A stretch of DNA of 64,000 bases from Schmidtea polychroa. Lineage: Eukaryota. Below are positions 16,251 through 27,882 of this stretch, piece after piece. The notes under the pieces were generated by a model, which saw only the letters and a list, made by a program, of their open reading frames with translations, was not told where the DNA came from and made no database searches. Within the stretch, counting starts at the first letter, position 1, and the number at the start of each line of letters is the position of its first letter. Both the position numbers and the translations under genes were made by a program. Location of the stretch: positions 372,001 to 436,000 of the forward strand of contig CM097885.1 of assembly GCA_044892525.1 (NCBI GenBank), given 5' to 3'.

Positions 16251-19200
16251 TTATACATCGTTTCTAAGTTTTAAATGGAACTTTATTTAATTTACTACTA
16301 TTAAATAAAGGAAACAATTTCCATTACGTTGCTATAAGTAATTTAAATAGGTTACTGAATTGTGGTATCAACACTAGTTGTCCTACACGTATACGTTCAT
16401 TATGGTGCCATCGGTGTTTGAATGGGTTTATGTATAAACAGGCACTGGAAAAACATGAAATATTATGTAAACGTAATCAATTAGGAACAACTCTTTACAC
16501 TTTCCCTCAAAATAAATTATTGCAGTTTACTGACTGGTCGAAAACAGTAACTCCTCCTTTTGTAGTTGATGCCGATTTTGAGGCTATTTTACCTTCTGAT
16601 AATGTTCATTTCCAACGACACATGACAATATCTGCTGGTCTTTTACTTGTAAATAACTTTGACGTATCTAAATCTTATCAACAGTTCATAGGTTTAGATT
16701 GCGTCGAGAGTTTTTTAAGTGCTATAGAGGATATAGCATTAAATAAGGTTCTTCCTTTTTATTATAAAATGGGTAGGAAACCTATGATTAAATTAACGAA
16801 AATTGAACAACGTCAATTTGTTAGTGCATCTGTTTTTTATCTTTGTATGAAATCTATCGTTGATCCTGTTAGAGATCACGATCATTTTACAGGGAAATAC
16901 TTGGGTGCAGCTTGTAGCACATGTAACAAAAATAAGAAAATAAATAAAATTTTGCCTATCGTATTTCACAACTTGAAGGGATACGATATGCATCATATAC
17001 TTAAATACGGATTAAATAAATTTAAAAATTGGACTTTAGGTTGCATCCTAATAACGACTGAAAAATTTATTTCTTTGATTGCGCATTTAGGCAAAAGAAT
17101 TGATTCTTATCAATTCATTGATTCTTATCAATTTGTTAATGATTTTTTAGCTAAAGCAGTCAAAACTTTGAATTCTTAGCCTTTCACTAATTCTGTTTTT
17201 TCTGGCACTATAGTTTCTGAAAAAGGAATCTTCCCTTATAATTTCGCTACATCTTTAGATATTCTCCAAACTACTTATGAATTACCACCAATCTGGGAGG
17301 GTGTTACTGAGCTTTAGTATGAAAAAGCTCAGGAGATTTGGGTAGAAACTATTTGCCTAATTTTATTAGATTATATGATGATCTACTTAAAACTTGATTG
17401 TTTTCTTTTGGCTGATTTCTTTCATCAGTTTCGGTTGAAATCTATTGCTCACAATAGATTGGAACCATTGAATTATTTCGGAATTCCAGGTATGTCTTGG
17501 TCTTCTGCATTAATGTCTTTAAATGAACCAATTGAGCTCATAACTGAAAACGAAATGTTTAGCTTTTATGAGGGTGGAATAAGAGGCGGTATTACTTTTG
17601 TGAATTAGCATTACGTAAAAACCGATGAGAACACCGAGTTAATTTATATAGATATTAATGATCTTTATGGTTGGGCTTTAAGTCAATCATTACCTTGTGG
17701 TGAATTTAGTTGGGTTCTTGATGGATTTGATTTAATAATGGATGAAAGTAGGAATTTAAATCTTGATTCTTTGTCTTATGGATACACTCTTGAAGTTGAT
17801 CTTGTAATTTCTTCTGAGCTAAATGAGAAGTTGGATGATTTCCCTGAAGCTGCTGAAAAATTGGGCATGTAAGATTAAGTGAATTAAATATTGGAGAAAA
17901 TGTTGTAGAAATTGTTGGAGAAAATGTTGGAGAAATTGTTGGAGATGAATTTGATGAAAATGTTGGAGAAGATTTTGGAGAAGATGATATCGACATCGAT
18001 GACGTTATTTTGTCTGATGAGGACTAATTTTATTAAATAAAAGTTTATATATATACATTTGTTATTTTTTTGGTAAATTTTTATGTTTTTTATGTGTCTT
18101 GTTATTGTTTATATGTTTTGTTATGTGTCTAGTTATTTTTATGTGTTTAGTTAATTTTTTATGTGTTGTATAGTATTTGGTTGATATATTATTATTATTA
18201 TTTTTATTATTATTTCATAAACATTTCCATTAAAAGTTACCATTGAAAAATATTTCATTTCAATTGTTAATAAATTTAAAAATCTTACTTTAATTTACTT
18301 ATTTAACTTTAATTTTTTACCATTGATTACTTAATTTTAAAATTTGGACCTTAATTAACTTTAATTTAATTTTTTAGAACCTTAATTTAGTTATTTGTGC
18401 CGATGAGAACACCGAGTTACTTTATTTAGATATTAATAATCTTTATGGTTGGGCTTTAAGTCAATCATTACCTTGTGATGAATTTAGTTGGGTTCTTGAT
18501 GGATTTGATTTAATAATGGATGAATGTAGGAATTTAAATCTTGATTCTTTGTCTTATGGATACACTCTTGAAGTTGATCTTGTAATTCCTTCTGAGCTTC
18601 ATGATAAGTTGGATGATTTCCCTGTAGCAGCTGAAAAAATGAAACCTGCTGGGTCTAAGGTTAAAAAATTATTATTAACTCATCTTCCAAATTCTAATTA
18701 TGTGATTCATTGGAGATTATTAAAATTATATTTGGAACTTGGTGTTAAAGTAACACGTGTAAATAGGGGTGTAAGATTTAAGCAATCTCCAATTTTTAAA
18801 AAATATATAGATACAAATACAGAAATAAGGTCAAAAAGCATAAATAATTTAGATAAAAATTATTATAAATTGTTAAATAACAGTTTATACGGCAAAACAG
18901 TTGAAAATTTAAAGAGAAGAATGAATCTTCGTCTTTGTACAACTGCCGGTAAATAAGTAACATATTCTTCAAAGCCGACTTTTAAAAAACTATTAAAATA
19001 GACGATAATTTAATTGCGGCATTAGTGAATTCAGATTCTATATGTTTAGTTAGACCAAGTTACATTGGTCAATCTGTACTTGATCTATCTAAACTTAGAA
19101 TGTATGAATTACAATATATTATATTGAATATAAGGATCTAGAATCATTTCGCAATGAGTTTAATAATAAAATTAATATCGTTGCAGGTGATACAGATTCT

Positions 19201-20099
19201 TTTTTCCCCGAAGTTAATAACTGTAAACTTGAGGTTCTTTTACCTGCAATGATTCGAGATAATTTATTACATACTTCCAATTACAATAATTGTCATTCCT
19301 TATATAGTAAGAACTTTGATTCAGTCATTGGAAAGTTCAAAGACGAGAATAAAGGTCTTAAATATAAGGAATGGGTTTTTCTTAGACCTAAATGTTATAG
19401 CTTGTTGGGTGATGAGGAAACAAAAAAGGCTAAAGGTGTAACATTGAAAGGTAGTGACATAAAACATCAGTCATACCTGGATTGTTATAACACTAACCAG
19501 ATTTTTTCGGTTCCTCAGACTAAAATAACAAGCAAAAATCATCAAATTTTTACAATTAAAAATACTAAAATAGCACTTACTAACAAAGATGACAAAAGGG
19601 TTTGGGTGGGAAAAAATACTAGTCTTGCATATAGGCATGTAAGATTAAGTGAATGAATTAAATATTAGAGAAAATGTTGGAGAAATTGTTGGAGAAAATG
19701 TTGGAGAAATTGTTGGAGATGAATTTGATGAAAATGTTGGAGAAGATTTTGGAGAAGATGATATCGATATCGATGACGTTATTTTGTCTGATGAGGACTA
19801 ATTTTATTAAATAAAAGTTTATATCTATACATTTGTTATTTCTTTGGTAAACTTTTATGTTTGTTATGTGTCTAGTTAATGTTTATATGTTTTGTTATGT
19901 GTTTAGTTAATTTTTTATGTGTTGTATAGTATTTGGTTGATATATTATTATTATTTTTATTATTATTTCATAAATATTTCCATTAAAAATTACCATTGTA
20001 AAATATTTCATTAAAATTTCTTTTAAAAATAATTCATAAAAAATTATTTCATAAAAATTTTCATTAAAAAATTTCAATTCTCAAACACCTTCTATTATT

Positions 20100-20922
20100 T
20101 TGTTAATAAATTTAAAAATCTTACTTTAATTTACTTATTTAACTTTAATTTTTTACCATTGAATACTTAATTTTAAAATTTGGACCTTAATTAACTTTAA
20201 TTTAATTTTTTAGAACCTTAATTTAGTTATTTGTGCCCATTCATTACTTTAATTTAAAATTTTGGACCTTGATTTACTTTATTTAAATTTTTTAGAACCA
20301 TTTTTTACTTTAATTTAAAAATTTGAACCTTACTTTACTTAGTTGAGCCCTTAATTAACTTTAATTTTAAATTTTGAACCATTATTTACTTTAATTTAAA
20401 AATTTGAACCTTAATTTAGTTATTTGAGCCCATTCATTACTTTAATTCAAAAATCTTAGCCCATAATTTACTTTAATTCAAAAAAATTTGAACCTTGATT
20501 TACTTAAATTTAATTTTTTAGACCCATCATTTACTTTATTTTTAAATTTTAGACCCATAATTTGCTTTATTTTAAAAATATACTATGCGTTTTTAATGTA
20601 AACTACCTTTTCTATTGAAATTCTCATGACCAAGGAGACCCCCTCACTGTAGTCTGAAAAATCCATGCTTTTTTATTGAAGACTACCTTTTTCTATTGAA
20701 ATTCTCAGGACCAAGGAGACCCACCCAAATAATATTTATCCTTGGCTTGTTTATTGAAAAAAAAATTTTTTGTATTTAAAATCCCAGCAAAAATACATTG
20801 GAGCGTACGGCAACAATTATGTATTCAAAAAATGTCTACGGCAAAAATTATGCAATCAAAAGTTTGCAACATTTTTACCCCCCCCCCCCCCTATTTCTCC
20901 CGCGGGCCCCTAACTACCTACT
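20100..20922 (+). repeat. Candidate right terminal region of a Polinton: ~30-bp subterminal array, short direct repeats, poly-C, terminus ...CCTAACTACCTACT
   Basis: Lies downstream of the PolB 3' end. The last 21 nt match 10310-10330 at 19/21, followed by an abrupt switch to LINE-derived DNA. Confidence 0.65.
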
Positions 20923-21720
20923 CGCGCATCAGAAAAGATGCAATCCAGCAGAGTATTGTTTTCAAGACAACCATCTACTGGTTTCAATCCCTTCTGTGCA
21001 TTCGAATCCCAACGGCAACTACTTACTTTTGCCACTAAGATCTTATTAAGTGTCCTAGTTAACACTGAGTTAACGGAAAAAAAATAAAAATCACCTGGAT
21101 TTTTAGGGGTTTCTACTTTTAGGATTAATGAGGTTCGTGCTGTCTTTTAAGGTCATGAAATATGTCTGGAAATGGGCGTGGGGCTTGTGGGTTCTCCATC
21201 GTCTGCTCCAGGCCCATCTCCTTCATCCTGTCTTCTAACTCTTTAAAAACTGCTTTATATTTTTTATTATCTAGGTGCTTGCGAATAGATTCCTTTGAAA
21301 GTTCCAACATCCAAGGTGAAGTATTTCTAGAAGGTGAGAGGAAGACTGTAACGATTTTTAAGGTGAAGTGGAGCCATGAAGAGCTCTTCTTCATTACTCT
21401 AGTAATAAGCAAGATTTTTTGTATAGTTTCCTCAAGATAGTCTCAATACGTAAGGTGCGATGGGCTTTAGATATATGGACTCCACGTCCCCTCAGCGTTA
21501 AGAAAGGTAAAAAGCAATATTCACAGACAAACTACTGTTCCACATCCCTCTCCAGTTTTGTAGTGTTGTTATTTCCTGTCATTTCATATTTATTTTGTTC
21601 GTGGAAGTTCATTCGTGTTGGATATCCTCCAACATGATACCCAACTGGCCAACAAGTAAAAATAGTAAAAGGGGACCTCAGGAATGAAGTGGTGTGGGGA
21701 AGAAAGAACAAAATGCGACG
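20923..21720 (-). pseudogene. R2-like non-LTR retrotransposon remnant (C2H2 finger plus RT piece)
   Basis: Minus strand ~21460-21535 reads FVCEYCFLPFLTLRGRGVHISKAH. 20935-21065 is homologous to 52877-53010 (QKG...GCLEN RT motif). Confidence 0.7.
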
Positions 21721-22069
21721 AGGGCTAATATATCAATAGTAAACTTTAGTAGTCAAATAAAAAAAATTTAAATTTAAACTTTTAGTTCATAAAACTTCAT
21801 ATCTTAAAAAAAAACAAAAACAAAAAATATTTTTTAAAACTTTAAAAATTAAAACTGTACTGTCATTCTTGTCATCGCGGGATTGATGACATTTTATAAG
21901 CATATAATAATAATAGTAATGATAATAATAATAATAATTATAATAATATTAGTAATAATAATAATAATATTAGTAATAATAGTATTAATAATATTTCAAC
22001 TAAATACTAGGCAACACATAAAAATTAACTAGAACAAAAGTTAAGATAAAAAATTTATTCAATAATATT

Positions 22070-23820
22070 CTTCATGATCTGTTAATATGACCTCTTCTAT
22101 AATCATCGGTTTCTGCATCAATTTCTATTTGTTCATTTTCTCCATCGGTTTCTCCATAATTAACCTTATATAAACTTACATGTTCATATGCAAAACTAGT
22201 ATTTTTCCCCACCAAAACCGTTTTATCATCTGCATTTGTAAGAGCTATTTTTTTATTTTTTATTGTATATATTTGATGATTTTTTGATGTTATCTTTAAT
22301 TGTGGTATTGAAAAAATTTGTTTTGTATTGTAAAAATGTAGATATCACTGATGTTTTAAGTCATTACCTTTCAATGTTACTCCTTTTGCTTTTTAATTTC
22401 ATCTTCACCTAACAAACTATAATATTTTGGCATAAGAAAACCACATTCTTTATATTTAAGACCTTTATTCATATCTTTGAATTTTCAAATGACAGAATCA
22501 AGGTTCTTACTGTATAAGGGATGATTTGGGTTATAATTTCAAGTGCCTAGAAGGTTATCCCTAATCATCATACATTATTTAATAGTAAATTGTTCCTATA
22601 TTAATCAAAACTATTCATAAAATTGTTGTTGCTAAATCTTATTCAAATTTTACTTATAGGTTTCCTACCCATTTTTTAATAATAAATGTAAGGTTAAATC
22701 CTCTACAGCACCTAACAGTATTACAAAATTACAAACTAAAATTTAATAAAACTTTTTAATAAATTTAATAAATTAAAACTTTGATTAGCATGCATCCAAT
22801 CAAAATTTAATAAATGAAAGTATTTAATTATCTAAATTTAAAAAATGTCTAATAAAAATAGCACTAATATAAATAGAAAATAGTACATCTGTTATTGGAA
22901 TGACATGTAAACCTCCTGTTCATTACCTTCAATATAATATGTAATATTCGAAATATCCTATTGCTTATTCTTTTAAGGTATTTATTTTTAATTATCTCTA
23001 TTGATTTTTGGTTGGAACAAGTTAATTTAAAAGCCTAATCAAAAGTCTATCAATATTGCAATGTTCAACAATGTCCTTGAATAAATTTACTGTATAAGGA
23101 ATGATTTGGGTCATAATTTGAAGTGTCTAGTAGGTTATCTCTAATCATCACAGGTGAAAGAATATCAAGAGAAAAAATTTTAATTTCCAAGATTAATTGA
23201 TATCAATGTCCCCCAGCAACGATATTAATTATATTACAATATATTTTTGTAACTCTTCATGATGCAGCTGATATATTCTAAGTATCGATAGATCAAGTGC
23301 AGATTGTCCAATGTAACTTGGTCTATTTAAACATATAGAATCAGGATTTAACAATGCTGCTATTAAATTATCATCGATTTTTATTGATTTTTTAAATGTA
23401 GGTTTTGATGTACACGAGACTATAAAACTTCTTCCGCTTAACCTACTTATTTAATTATTTCAGTGATAGTGAAATGAATTTCTGTTATTTTATTAATTAA
23501 CAAGCTACTTCCTTGTGATTTTTTAATACTTGTGATTTATACTTGTTATTTGTGAAATTCTTTTTTAGATTTTTTCATTTTTTCATTTTATTCCCTAATT
23601 TCTTCATCGAAAAATGTATCAGTTAAAGGTTTTGCATTATTATACGTAACCTTATTCGTTAATGATATATTAATTTATCTATTAGTGATTCAGGAAATAT
23701 TATTTCTTTAATATTTAAGTGTTAATACTTAATATTTGGTGGTAACTCTTAAATCACTTAGAACAATTGGTAAATTTTCTCCTATTTGTATATTATTTAA
23801 TAGTAAATTGTTCCTATAAT
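22070..23820 (-). pseudogene. Highly degraded, patchwork pPolB remnants
   Basis: Reverse complement resembles lineage-A 3' end (KAKGVTLKG, DDK.V.VGKNTS), PSYIGQSALDLS and the QIG N-terminal region. Confidence 0.7.
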
Positions 23821-24848
23821 AATCAAAGTTATTCATCAAATTGTTGTTGCTCAATATTAGTCAAATTTTTAAAATTTTATAAAAAATTACAATCTAAAAT
23901 TTAATAAAATCTTTTAATAAATTTATTAAATTAAAACTTTAATTAGCATGCATCCAATCAAAATGAAAATATTTAATTATCTAAATTTAAAAAATGTCTA
24001 ATATAAATAGAAAATAGTATATCTGTTATTGGTATGACATGTTAACCTCCTGTTCATTACCTTCAATATAATATGTAATATTTGAAATATCCTATTACTT
24101 ATTCTTTTAAGGTATTTATATTTCATTATCTATATTATTGATTTTTGGTAGAAACAAGTTAATTTAAAAGTCTATCAATTCAGTATTCAAATTGATATTA
24201 TTTGGGATGAAAATAGAAAATATCTTGGAGAAATTCTTCGATTAATTAATAAAGACAAGTATTTTAACTAAAAACTTTCATTTATCAACTGCGAAAAAGA
24301 TTGTAAAATTAAGATAGTTGAAGGTAAAAAATCCATTTTATTTAATTACTTCTTTTTAAATTTTTTCTTTTTAATTTTATTAATTAATTATTTTATTATG
24401 TTTTATTTTAATTTAATACATTTAATTAAATTATTAGTTTATTAATATTTTATTTTAATTACTTACGCTATTTAATTATTATTATTATTATTATTTTTAA
24501 ATAATTTATTTATTTTTTAATTTAAATTTTATTTAATTACTTCTATTTAATTTTTTTTCTTTTAAATTTTCTTAATTAATTATTTTATTATGTTTTTATT
24601 TTAGTATTATTTAATTAATTTATTTATTATTATTATTATTATTTTTTTTTAATTATACATTTACATTATATTCTAACAAGAGGTAAATTATAACAATAAT
24701 ATTTCAATTTCTAATTAAAATTTTATTCAAATTGAATAATTACTAATTAAAATTTTATTCAAATTAAAATATTATTGTTATAATTTACCTTTTGTTAGAA
24801 TATAATGTAAATGTAAAATTTAAAAAAAATAATAATTTTAAAAAATAA

Positions 24849-25160
24849 AAGGTCAAGGTCAAGGTCAGTAGGGTATTGTGTGGACCCGGGAACAAAGAAA
24901 TATGACGTCATCGATGACGTCACAAAGACATGTTTTTTTTTTTTAATTTTTTTTAAAAATTTTTTAAAAATTTTTTTTTAAATTTATATTACGTTGCGGT
25001 AATTTAAAAATTTATATTACGTTGCGGTATATAAAAATATATATTACGTTGCGGTATTTTAAAATATATATTACGTTGCGGTATTTTAAAATTTATATTA
25101 CGTTGCGGTATTTTAAAAATTATTATATTTTAATTATTAAATATATTACGTTGCGGTATT
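24849..25160. promoter_or_regulatory. Clustered transcription-factor-motif array
   Basis: (AAGGTC)x3, a perfect 20-bp palindrome TGACGTCATCGATGACGTCA (24903-24922) and six TTACGTTGCGGTA copies. Confidence 0.55.
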
Positions 25161-25341
25161 TTAAAAACTTATTGATAAAAGTTTAATAAAATAAAATTAT
25201 TATTACACACACACAATATAGTCTACCCGACAAAATATTCTGTTCCCCTATGGTCACACACACACACACACAATGTATAAAAATATTATTAGTGTCCACA
25301 CACGCAACAAGTTAGTGTTCTCATTGATATATTATTAATCT

Positions 25342-25437
25342 ATATACTCCGAGTCTATCCGACAAAATATTCTGTCCCCCTATGGGTACTGCTCACAAGG
25401 GTACTGGTCACGCTCAACAACTCGCAAGGGTATTAAT
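25342..25437. repeat. ~95-bp dispersed repeat (second copy ~34933-35030; partial ~25217-25257)
   Basis: Shared atatactccgagt.tatccgacaaaatattctgtccccctatgggta...agggtactggtcac. Confidence 0.8.
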
Positions 25438-25457
25438 AAACAATGTAATAAAACATA

Positions 25458-25542
<85 letters not shown>

Positions 25543-25614
25543 TTTCTGTAGATATATGAATAAAAATTAATGTTATTGTTTTTAATAGTATATTTAAATG
25601 AAAATAATTCAATT

Positions 25615-25949
25615 TTAAAATTTATTAACACATTCGCAATCGTCATCTCCACATTTCATTATATTTTCAACGACATGATCAATACAATCATTCGTAATAT
25701 TATCTTTAGGTTCCTCTATAGGTTCATAGATTTCGTCATCAATTTCTTGAGTTTCTTCATGATTGTCAAATCCTGAATCTTGACTCTCAGCTACCCAGCC
25801 GATATTTAAGGCATTTGTAATAGATAATATATCCTCAATTTTTACACCAGCTATTTCTGCTAACTTTTCCAACAAAAAGTTGATTAACAATTCTAAATAA
25901 TAAATAATTCGGTATTTAATTAATCATGTTAACCTTTTTCTGTAGTCAT
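25615..25949 (-). CDS. Small acidic protein of unknown function, two exons (25949-25934, 25892-25615)
   Basis: A 41-nt GT..AG phase-1 intron joins MTTEK-E to the ATG-less ORF LLINFLLEKLAE...; the donor GTTAAC is weak. Confidence 0.5.
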
Positions 25950-26082
25950 TAATAACACTTTAAAACTATATTATAAGTTTGTTTATAGATTTTCTTTGTT
26001 AAATTTGCATGTCATTTGCATTAATGTTGCAATTAATAAAGAGAAAAAACAAATATGACTAATACATTTATTAAATATAACA

Positions 26083-26501
26083 TTAAAATAGTTGTGAAAG
26101 TCTAGCAGACATAATTTTTCAAATTGGAGAATACACATCATTATTATCAACTTTATATCCTTGGATTGCAATTGTTATATACCAATTTTCGTTTTCTTTG
26201 AAACCGATTTCATCAAATGAATCATAAAATCTTGCATATCTGTTGTTGAACCAGGCATGTTGATTACAAGATAGATTCGTATTCAACCGTTTGAAAACCT
26301 CATCAATAGATTTAACATCTAACATTGAAAGCGTGCCGGATAAGAATTGAAATTTAGTTGGAATTAGCTTGATCGGTGACACCAATTTTATATTGATTTC
26401 TTCTTTTAAAAATACATTTTATAGTTGTGGAACATTTGAACAGGTTGTACAAGTTCTGGAACAACTTTTGGCTTTTCAGTGCTTGAAATTTTCTTTGTCA
26501 T
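26083..26501 (-). pseudogene. Disrupted ~135-aa gene, possibly an OB-fold ssDNA-binding protein
   Basis: ATG at 26501 with TATAAAAA and CCAAT-box motifs upstream. One frameshift near 26420 and one TGA; the C-terminus is beta-rich (WYITIAIQGYKVD..YSPI*KIMSA). Confidence 0.35.
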
Positions 26502-26780
26502 CGTAAATAATGATTAAAATGAAATGGTACAGGGTTTTTATACCTATGACTATTGTTTATCAACCAATCAGATTGATGTATGTCTTTGTTTAAATTACAT
26601 GTCTTTGTTTAAATTGCATGTCATTTGCATTAATGTTGCATTAATGTTTTTATTATAAATATTGTTTTTTATTATTATTATTTCTAATATTTCTATTATT
26701 ACTTATATTATTTCTATTATTATTATTTCTATTTCTATTATTTCAATTTACAAAAACAAAACAATTCAACATAAAAAAAT

Positions 26781-27192
26781 TTATTTTGATACAATCTGAC
26801 TCGAGTGATGATTTCTCAGAGTCTTCACCAAACACCATTCAACATATTGTTGATAACGGAAATTGCAACAGCTACATCCGAAAATGCAAGGAGCCTCTGC
26901 TTTCATTTCTTTCATCCCCCTTCCTATCTTGATATCCAATAGAAAGGTGTTTATTATATCGAATATCCAGATTCGAGTTTGGTTGTATACCAAATCCGGA
27001 ATGATAGATGGATCTCTATCTTGTAGAATTTCATTTAATTCTGGATAATAGAAGCATAATCTTTGCAGGATAATTGATTGATATTCATCTGTAAAAAATA
27101 TATATATATTAATGTAATAATAAAAATTTGAAATTACCATAATTTGCATGCTCTTTCATTGAGGTGATTGCGGAACTTTGTATGTTGTACAT
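26781..27192 (-). CDS. Small Cys-containing protein of unknown function, two exons (27192-27138, 27088-26781)
   Basis: A 49-nt GTAATT..TTTACAG phase-1 intron gives MYNIQSSAITSMKEHANY-D-EYQSIILQRLC...CIFGCSCC. Confidence 0.65.
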
Positions 27193-27313
27193 TTTTGTTG
27201 AATAAATGATAACTAAACCGAAAACATTTTGTTATAAATAATCATCAGCCAATTAGATTTTGACCAATCAAAATCATGCATTTTAATTGCATTGAATTTG
27301 CAATGATAAATAA

Positions 27314-27778
27314 TTAATTAAGTGATAATAAAAAATCTAAAAATTCTTTTCCTTCAATTATTGATTTAATTTCAGATATGATATTATCAACTATACATTT
27401 GTAATCAATATTTTTTATTCCAAGAATTACTATCTTACCGCTAGCGAATATATTTACACACATAGGGTTATATTTTATATATCTCAAAGCTGGAAATAAT
27501 TCTGGTTCGTAAACACATGGTATTAATTTAGCCAAATTATTTAAATTACAAGAAAAACCTATATCGGAAGTTACGGTTACCGATTGTATTTCTAAATCAT
27601 AAACATTATATTCACTAGCTTTGATTATTTCCTTACACCCCATAATTCTACATTTACCAGTTTTGAAATATATTATTGGATATTTATTACTTCTATTGAT
27701 AAGTTGTTGTGGTTTCCCCATTGGAAATACCATTTTTGATACATCAGCTTTTGCCCTGTAATTTATATTTGAAAGCAT
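27314..27778 (-). CDS. TATA-binding protein (TBP)-like protein, 154 aa, intronless
   Basis: Two TBP repeats: LSNINY...IIYFKTGKCRIMGCK and EIQSVTVTSDIGF..NL..L...YEPELFPAL.Y...VNIFASGKIVILG.K. Confidence 0.88.
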   Translation of the reverse strand: MLSNINYRAKADVSKMVFPMGKPQQLINRSNKYPIIYFKTGKCRIMGCKEIIKASEYNVYDLEIQSVTVTSDIGFSCNLNNLAKLIPCVYEPELFPALRYIKYNPMCVNIFASGKIVILGIKNIDYKCIVDNIISEIKSIIEGKEFLDFLLSLN

Positions 27779-27882
27779 TTTAATGAAATAATTATAAAAA
27801 CTCTGTTATATATAGTTATTTTAAAAAGGAGTTCATTTAAATTATCAATATAAACAATAATTATATAGTTTAAATTTAAAAA

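Larger units (their letters stand above)
12289..19656 (+). pseudogene. Polinton/adintovirus protein-primed DNA polymerase B, lineage A; spliced 5' end, hAT insertion, internal rearrangement at ~17.86-18.4 kb
   Basis: Predicted exons 12289-12343, 12388-12444, 12491-12553 and 12758 onward. Motifs DADFEA (exo I), RDHDHFTGKYLGAACSTCN (endonuclease VII-like), HNLKGYD, DIN.LYGWA, NNSLYGKT, GDTDS, KAKG and DDKR; several stops and frameshifts. Confidence 0.92.

Noticed and set aside
21149..21168. 18-bp match (aaggtcatgaaatatgtc) to the motif at ~36180
   Set aside because: No flanking similarity; treated as coincidence.
24985..25160. Regularly spaced repeats resembling a CRISPR array
   Set aside because: Spacers are ~10-nt AT runs, not unique; no cas genes; eukaryotic context.
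27314..27778. Calling this the host TBP gene
   Set aside because: Too short and divergent (degenerate first repeat), intronless and embedded among Polinton genes; gene symbol withheld.
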